Part shown: positions 1-9,000 of the stretch, piece by piece
Position numbering within the stretch: the stretch's first letter is position 1
Layout of the letters: each line of letters begins with the position of its first letter
Origin: a virus
Lineage: Duplodnaviria; Caudoviricetes
Length of the DNA stretch: 59,968 nucleotides
Reading direction: 5' to 3' (one strand)
Virus record (IMG/VR): IMGVR_UViG_3300045738_001464
Span: 1-59,968 of that record
The notes under the pieces: generated by a model
The model's input: the letters and a program-made list of their open reading frames with translations, nothing else
What the model was told of the DNA's origin: nothing
The model's database searches: none
Made by a program: the position numbers and the translations under genes

Positions 1-3000
1 GCATATTTGTCGTTGGAAATGAGCCACTATATTTTGATTTCTTGCTTTCAATAATCATTATTGATTTAATGAGCGCATACATCTCGGCTTGGGTCATATT
101 ATAATCCTCCCAAAGATCTCCCCATTCAGTCTCGAGAGCGTCCTGCATCTTGTCTTTTGTATCTGCATTCAGATACGCCGAACTGGTCATAAACTTCCTC
201 CAGTCAGTCATAAATTCTTTTCTAGGGTCCCAATCAGTCATAAGGCCGGGACGCTCCTTGCTAAGCTTCTCTGGCATTGCCCCAAGAGACTCCCCACCGG
301 GGTAACGAGTGCTTGGTTCAGTCCGGGCGGCGTCCCATGCCGCTTGGAATTTATCTGAAGGGCCATAGAGCATCGGGGCGCTTGCACCGATGTATGCGTC
401 CCTTCCGGGGGTATGGCCTGAGTCAGTGAGTTGGAACCCGTATCCTTCTTCCCTCAGGGAATGCCCTCTCATCACTCCCGTATTCTCCCACAAGCTCTTG
501 AAACTCGGCTTGTTCTGGATACTTGAACTTCTGGAAAGAGGATTTATCGCTGCCTGAAATGGAGTTCTCGTAACTGAAGCGGGAATAGTGCCAGATTGGT
601 TCCTGAAAGCATTTACAGTTCTTGCTGAAGCCGCCTGTTGCTGATTGTACATCATATTCGCCCATGCACTAGCGAAGGATTCGGGCATCGTCTTGAGGGC
701 CACTTCAAGGTCACCATTTGATTTTATTAAGTCTGCTTGAGAAGTGATAAGGTTGGACATTTGTTGGACATTGCCACCAAGAATTTCAACAAGATTTCTT
801 CTCAGTTGTCCTTGTTCTTTTTCTATTTCTCCTGTTATATCTTTTCTCTGTTTGTCTATCTCTCCGCTTTTCAATGTGCGAAGCATCTGAAAGATAAGAT
901 CTCCGTGCTTTGTTCTTGCTCCTCCGTATACGGCGGGTGTTCCGGGTATTCCGGGTCTTCCGGGAAAATCCTCCCTTGGGTCGGCGGGTACTGGAGGTAC
1001 TGGAGGCGTTATTACACCTCCTCTTAACCAGTCTGCTGCATCGTCTAGGGACTTACCTTTTAGCATTTCCGCTTTATCTTTACCGACAAGGTAATCAAGG
1101 TTCATACTAGAAGCTTCACGAAATCTATCTGCTTGTAATTTCTTTTTAAACCCTTGAAGATCGCCTCTTGAGAAATCGAATCCCATGCTTTCAAGAGTCT
1201 TCATGGATTGTGCCCTCTCGGTAAAGGCTCCTTCTCTTCCGGGCGCACCTGCACCCAAGGGGCTAAATAAGCCCTGTATAGCACTGAACATATCCTTTGA
1301 GGGAGATAGCGCCATCGTTTCCAGTTTTCTTCTGTGTTGAAAATCCAAATTGCTTTTTTGTACTACTGTTTGTGTTTTGACTAGCTCATTTGATATGTGT
1401 TGTTTGACTGTGTTTTTGGCCAGTTCGAGACTTAGAGTAGCCATTCTGGCTTGAAGCGAAATTTGAGTATTTTTGTCGAGCTTAGATCCCGGCCCCAAAA
1501 GATCTTCATACATTTTTGTATCAATATTACCCTTCATCATTTGTAAGCCTAATGTTTGTAATTGTTGCTCCGTTTCGGTTCCAAGTCCCATTGTTACTCC
1601 CTTGGCTCCCATTCCATAAATATCCATTCCACCTTTTGAATAGGCTTGAAAATTTTCATTGAATAAGGAGGCATTCCCGAGTTTTATCTTTCTTTGAAGA
1701 TTCTTGTCCAGTTCTTCATAGGAACTTATATTTTGTTCCATTTTACCAACGATTTCCTCCATTGTAACGGTTGCCTTATAAAACAAATCAGCCAATTGAA
1801 GTTCAGCTTGTCGGGCAGCTATAAGTTGTACGGTTTTCTCTTTTAAATTTACGAGCGCAGTAGCGGCACTGTTTGCGCTTTTGGTTTCGGCATCCGCTGC
1901 ATCTTTTAATTTTCTTGCTTTTTCTACAAATCTGATTAGAGTGTCAAATGCTGCACCGTCCATAAGGTCCACGAAACTTTCTAAATCATCATCTTTTGAA
2001 TCTATTCCCATTTCCCTGAGGCTTGCCTTAGTCGCTGGTCCCTTTAGTTTGCCAGACAGTACTATGTCTGCGGCCATTTTTCTAAATACTTCTTCTGATG
2101 GCGTTTGCTCCAATTCCCCGGCCTCATGCATCCTTTCTATAACACCGCCTTTGCCAGTGATCATAACTTGATTAGCAGCTTCTTGAGAAAGATCGGCCTG
2201 AATTTCTGCCAACTTCTTTGGATCACCCTTGGCATCAATTAATCTTTGCATTAATTTTGGATCTCCCAACCTTACAAGTTGGTCAACCATTGCTCTTCTC
2301 AGGGCTTCGAGTGCCTTTGGTCCCGCTCCGGCAGCAAGTGCCTGATTATATGAGTTTTGCGCCTTGGTATATTTGCTTGTCGCAGCAGCAGCTTCTTGTT
2401 TGATTTTAATTTCTGCTTCGTATTTTCTTCTTACGTCATCCAATATGGATTTACCCGCTTCCATCGTGCTGAACAGTGCCATAATTGATCCAATAGCAAG
2501 ACCAATACCCGCGCCAATCGCAGCACCGGGGATAGCACCAGCACCTCCGGCAGGAGCCCCTATCATGCTCCCGATCCATGCTCCAGTACCCGCCATTCCC
2601 AACGCAGTACCACCGCCTTGTAACATGGCTCGCTTTCTTCTTGAGTCCTTACCAACACCCCTTCCGCCGAAAGCCTCGGCTGCTGCGCCACCAACCATTG
2701 GAGCCACAAAACTCATGGCCATTCCTATACTACCTAGTGCCTGATTGTTTCTTGACGCCCAGCTTTGTTTCTTTAATTCGTTTCGTTTCTCTTTTGCGTT
2801 TTTTTCATTTTGTCGTGATACCGCTTCTCTCTCCTTCGCAGTTTCTTTAGCTGCTGCTGCTTCCTGTTTTTTCGCTTCCACGGTTCCAAGATTCACTCGG
2901 GCCTGTTTATTTACGACTTCTACCTGTGATGCCGCTGCCCTAGCTCTTGATTTTACGCTTTCTCTGTCTCCCTTTTTGAGATCTTCGATTCGCTTCGTTT

Positions 3001-6000
3001 CCGCTTCTCTAGATGCTCTTAGCTCTTCTGTGGTTTGTCCTGCTCCTGCCCCCTTTTTGTACTCCCCTGCGGCTCGACGCCGCTCTCGGTCCCTTGCGTT
3101 CCTTAACTTCAACTCCGCTGCCTCTTTTTTCTGAAGTGCAAGAGCCGCTTTCGCGGTAGGAGTCGTCCTTTTTAGGCGCTCGTCGTTCTTTGCGATTTTA
3201 TTCTCCGCCTTCCTTTGCTTTTCCGCCGTCTTCTCGACGTTTGCTTTGGCTTGCTGTGTCTCGCGATCCAATTTCGCTTTGTGCTCGCCAAGAGTCACGG
3301 GTCTAAATCTTTTCCCAGCCTTTTCGGCTTCTTTTGCTCCAGCTTGATTTATTGCTACTATTGTTAACCGTCGCTGAGCTACTGATCGATCCCTGAACTT
3401 TTTTTCTTCCTTTGTTGCCTTTTTTACTTCGCTTACTGCTTTTTCTTTTTCGCGAATCGTGTCTTTATGTACTTTTCTTAATTTTCTGTCAGTTTCTCTT
3501 TCACGATCCAAGACTTTTTGGGTAAGCTCTACTCTTTTTATTGATGTATCATGTTCATTTTTAGCTTGAGTAACTTGATCTATTGCGGCTTGTCTACCTC
3601 CAAGTTCCGTCGTTCTTGCCACGTTTGCTGCCTCCTTTTTACGAACATCCTCTTGAGTAGTTTCGATATTCTTCAATATTTGCTGCAACTGCTGTGCCTG
3701 TTGGTTTTGCTTTTGGTCACCCTTACCTTCAAAAACACCTAGGTCTCCAAGTTGTTTTCTAAGGGATTCAATTGTCGCTGGGCTCGGACTACCCTCAGCG
3801 ATATTCAAAAGCTTTTGTTTAATAGCAGGTAGTTTCTTTTCCTGCTTAATGTCTTTTTGTTCTTGTTCGAAAACTTTCGCTTCTGCTTGAGTAGCTTTTT
3901 CTGTCGCTATGACTGCCTTGGCTGTCGCCTTTTGGTCTTTTTCAAACGTAGCCTGAAGCTCCTTTAATTGTGAATCCATCATGCCATAAATTTTATATCC
4001 TGCGGCCCCTGCAGCCCCAGCCACAGCACCACCCATGAGTATATCTCCAATAAAGTTAGGAACGTGACCCGCTGCGGCTCCAGCCATTGCCGGATTGGGA
4101 TGATTCATAACAGCAGACCTTAAAGCCATCTTGGTTGGCTCATCACGCCTATTGCCAACCACTGGCCCTGAGTAATTTGGAGTATGTACGCTGGTGGCAT
4201 AAATTTGACTAGGGGGTAATCCACTGGCTTTCTTTTCTCTGGCGAAAGCGGCAGCCATTGGATCTGCGAAGTTTGGAACGTGACCACCAGCCATATTTAG
4301 CATACCTTTGGTTCCAGCTTGAAATTCCTTTATACTGTCCGGATGAAAAGCCTTACCCCAACTACTGCCGGGCATTTTGAACATAGTTGAATATGATCTA
4401 GCATCAGCATAAAGTTCTTGCACCTGTTGGCCCGAAAAAGGATGTTTGAAGCTGCTTAACACGCTTTCTCCCTGTGCACCACCACGGTATGAAGAACTCT
4501 TTGCACTCCTCCTTACTATATGTTTTGCAATAGGATTGTTTGATTGAAAGAATGTTAAAAATTCTCGCATTTCCTTGGGGATATTTGTGGCTCCAGAAAG
4601 ATAACTGGAAATATCACCAGTGGCCATCCCGCTGTTGCTCATTTTATCTCCCATGATTGTAGTTAGCCCTTTTTTGCTGCCACCTTGCCAACCAAATTTG
4701 GAAGGACCAAACCCCCGACGAAGCATGTACTTCAAGGCTGCTTCCGCATGTCCCGCTTCATGCAACACCACCCGTTCAAGCTCATCGCGTAGATTAAACA
4801 TAACTCCGGGCTTCTTGTTCTTTCCTTTAAGGGCATCCCATTGAGCTTGATCAGGGAATTTCCGCTTCAAGCCCTTGCTTGGATCAGTGCCGAAACGAAT
4901 TTGGGGTAAACCACCCTTTTGGCCTTTTATTGGAAATTCTTTATCGCCTTTGCCGCGAAAAATATCATTGTGTGGATGCCGCCGGATATCCATAGTACCT
5001 CTAGTAGGACTAAATGCCCCCATGAGCCCGGCTGCATCTCCAAACTTTCTGGGTGATGACTCGCGGTAATTAAAAGTAATTTTATCCCTAAGACCGCCAA
5101 TTAAGTGTGCGTATTTTGGGTCTAAGATTTGCTCAGATGCCGCTTTCATCGCAGGACCATCAACCATTCGACTGAGAGCTTTAAACTCTTCCTTGTTGAG
5201 GCCCTTAACACCCCCTATCTCTTTATCAATTCTAAATCTCCCATATTTTCCTGTTATGAAGTTCTGGGAGAATCGAGAAAAATTCGGAATATGACCTCCG
5301 CTTCTTACCCTATATCGCTGCTGGGTCCATTTTTGTCCGGGTGCGCCTCCTACTCCGGCTGCGGGTGGCATAGTAAAACCACCGGGTAATACTTTTCCGG
5401 GTCCCATTGGTTTTCTATTAGATATTATTTGTTGTATTTTTTCCCATAGGCTTAGACTTACGTTTTTGGCCCCTTTTACTAAGGGAGATTCACCCCATTG
5501 TCCTTTGAGCCAATCTCCTCCAGCTTTCCTAGCCCTCAGCCTTGAAGATTCGAGGTCCTTGATGCGCTGAGGTTCTTGATATCCAAAACTCGGAATGTGA
5601 CCTCCAGACCGTCTTTTTCTTCCAAATGCAGGACCCTGCATTTGCGGTTTTAGCCCAAGCGTTTCTTTGAGTAAATAAAGGGAAGACTCACCCTGCGGCA
5701 CTCCCCCGGCTTTCCACGGAGCCGCCTTGTCTATCCCAAGACCTTGCATCATTTGAAGTCTTTCCATCTCTTGACGAGTAAGCCATTTTTGTCCGGATGC
5801 GCCCCCTACTCCCGCTTTGGGCGGCATCATTTGATTACCGGGTTGTAACATTTTTCCGGGTCCCCATTTCATGAGATTCGGAATATGGCCACCAGCATAA
5901 GAAGGACCCAAATGCTTCATCATTTTCATTTCTGAAAGCATGTCTTTGTAGATATATTCTAGACCTTTTCCCTCGCCCAAGTATACCCGCCTTGCGTCTA

Positions 6001-9000
6001 AAGATTTCTCAAGGCCGCTCAATCCGATCTTATCAGCAAATTTACGATGCCTACGCATATCCGTAGCATGTTTCATCGCGTATTCTATTCCGGGTTGTAC
6101 GTGTCCAGACGGAGAGGTTTCATGGCCTCTGGGTCCAATTGTATAGCTCGTTCCGGGAGTTGTTACGACACCCGGAGGGAGTACTCGCGTTGCAACGCTC
6201 TCCGATTGTCCTGTTATCATACGTCCATAACTTGCAGTATCTTTGGCCGCAAGCCGTTGGTACATTTTGTCTTGCTGATCAGGTGATAACCTATTAAATG
6301 AGTTAGTAGCTCTTTCAGCTAACCTGTGATGACGAAAGAGTTCCTGTGGGGTTACTGACGTTAATCTGCGATCACCTATCATCTCCTGAGCGAAACCTTT
6401 ATCTTTCCCCCGAATACCTCCAACTGCGTTTATTGCTGCAATATTGTGATAATCTTTAATTCCTCGTTTACTATTAGTAATTTGTTCCAGAAGCCATTTG
6501 GGGGCTGTTTTCCAAAATGGGTCTGCAAGTTCACTTTGTGCCCTTAAGTCGGACCCTATGGCTTTCATCCCTGATGGTTTTGCTACATAGTTCCCCCACT
6601 CTTGTCTATCGACGTTCCATATTTCCTTTTTCTTTGGTTGGTAGACCTCCCCCTCTCCAACACTCCATTGTTTTCCCTGCTGGATATTCACGCCGGTATC
6701 AAACTTAAATGTCTCGTAAACCTCTTTGTTTGCGGGTTTCCACATCCTTCCACCCATCGCCATAGCTTGAGGAGTACCACCAATATTGAGTTGCATGTCT
6801 CTTGGGATATTAAACATTCCGTGATGTTCGCCTTTAGAAATCTTTTTCCACATCGCTTTTTTAGACTTTTGCATCATGAAGTCTATAAATTCCTTACCAG
6901 ACCCGAATTGGTTCATAAGCCATTTGGGGGCTGTTGGATCTTTACCCTTTATTGGAAAATACCCCGGAGCATGACCATCCACGCTATACATTTTCTTCAT
7001 CAGTTCTTGCTTAAATCCAGAATATTGGAAATCTCCCGCTCCTTTGTAATATGGAGTCTTTGGGCCAAATCCCCCGCGCCCAGCGAAGTTTGGAATATGG
7101 CCTCCAGCCATAAATGGTTGGTTCTCTATAAAACTTCTTCCTGTTTTATACGCACTCTGCCAACCGGGGGTAGTGTCTGCTGCGTATTTTTCCATAGCTG
7201 GTAGATGTTTTTTTCTCAAGAAGTTGGTTGCAACGGCGACATCTGGATGGCTTCCCCCTATTGTTTCAAGCATTTTTATATAGTAGTCAGGATACAGTTG
7301 CATCGATTTCCCTACCAAGTTGGCCTTAGTAAATCTGTCCGAGGTAGCTTTGATATCACCAAGTTGAGTAGCCCCGCTCCGAAGGGGGATGCCTACGTCT
7401 GCTGGACCCCCTCCTCCTGCGCTCCTATAATTTACTGCACCAAAATTATGAATACCCGGTGCTTTCTCGAAAACTATATCCTCAAAAAATTTGGCATAAG
7501 ATGGATCTTTGGTCAGGCCAAACGATTTGGCGGCACGACCTATATGCGAAAATACCTGTCGAGGAGATTCATAATTACTCAACATACTTGTGTCCATTCC
7601 TTGACTTCTTATTTTTTGGAGCATCCCTTTATCAAGCCCTTGGAAAGCTTTTGATTCCAAAATATGTGCCACGGTTGTTCCCACTGGAAGTATGTCTGCA
7701 ATTTCGTTTAGGGACGAAAAACTGACCCCCTGTACTTTATTACTGGTTAAAATTCTACCAATCGCATCATATCCTTCTTTGCTGGCTCTGGTATTTGTAT
7801 GTGTTTTAAACGCCTTAGTTAAGGGGGGTTTGTAATGTGCCTTGCTACTAGTGCGCCCAAACAGACCACCGACAGGAGATGGAACCAATCCCCTACCACT
7901 ACGAGGGTCTCCACTCCATCTTTGTTGCATTCCAAAATTAGGGACATGACCTCCAGCATATAACATTTCCATCAAGCCGTCAGAATGTTTTCTAAATTTG
8001 TGACCCCCCACACTGAATCCCATAATTCTATCAACTGCGGCTTCACGAAAATCTTGCGCGGGACCAGTGTCCCAAAAACGAAGATATCCCGGTCTCTCCT
8101 TATGGGAAGCCTTTCCTCCCTTGAGGCTTTTTGCCGCCCACCTCTTGCCTTGTCTTTCTTGAAATTGACCTCGTGCATCTTTAAATTGTATATTAAAGAA
8201 GTGTCCTGTTCTGGCAGAATATTCCCTTACTACCGCAGCCAACGTATCAGGATTCATTTTATCTCCCGCACCCCAAGGTTTTGGTTCTAGAGGGGCTATG
8301 AGTCCTCGCGCCGGAGCGTATCGGCTTTTCGGTTGCCGAGCGCGACTTACACCCGCAAAATTCGGAATATGACCACCAGCTAATGAATCGGGGCTATAGC
8401 CAATTTGTTGTTTAAATTCCCTTCTGTAAATTTTACCCGCCGAGCTTCCCTTCGGGGGTATAATGGCGGGTTGGGCAAAACCCGGAACACGTTTGACTTG
8501 TTCTGCTGTATTGTATGTAACTCTTCCCATCCCCGGCATTTGTCCCGTCTTGATTTTTCCGGGCATGTAACCACCAGCAATTGCTCCCATTATTTCAGCA
8601 GATTGATTTTGTTTGTTGAGATTAGGAATATGGCCTCTAGCCAGTTTTTTGACAGGCCCTCCTATCTTTGTCTCGCCTTTTAGATTGGTTCCACCGCCAC
8701 CCGCTACTATAGTTCTTGCCATCCCCCCCGCCTGTGCATCTATTACCTTCATTTTAATGCTTTGGTCAGTAATTAATTTTAGTATTTGTCTTTCAGCATC
8801 CCTCCTAGTTATGGTTCCCGCGATCAATTTACCAAGAATTACCTCCTGACCACCCAAAACTTCTGCAACTACTTGTTGCGTAGCCGCTATTTTCATAGAC
8901 TGAGACTGAATTTCCATAAATTCTAATGCAGCTTGGCCCATATATTTCGAAAACGTTACAACTATTTTCATTCCGAGTATCGCAATAGCAGCCAATCCCG

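Noticed and set aside
8347-8352. GTGTAA copies inside coding sequence (also ~14287)
   Set aside because: Not positioned just before a start codon; a hexamer is expected by chance in AT-rich DNA.
4052-8641. GGHxPNF repeats as a CRISPR array or DGR template/variable repeats
   Set aside because: Spacing is irregular (63-1212 nt), copies differ at synonymous positions and are in frame; no cas or reverse transcriptase gene in the window.
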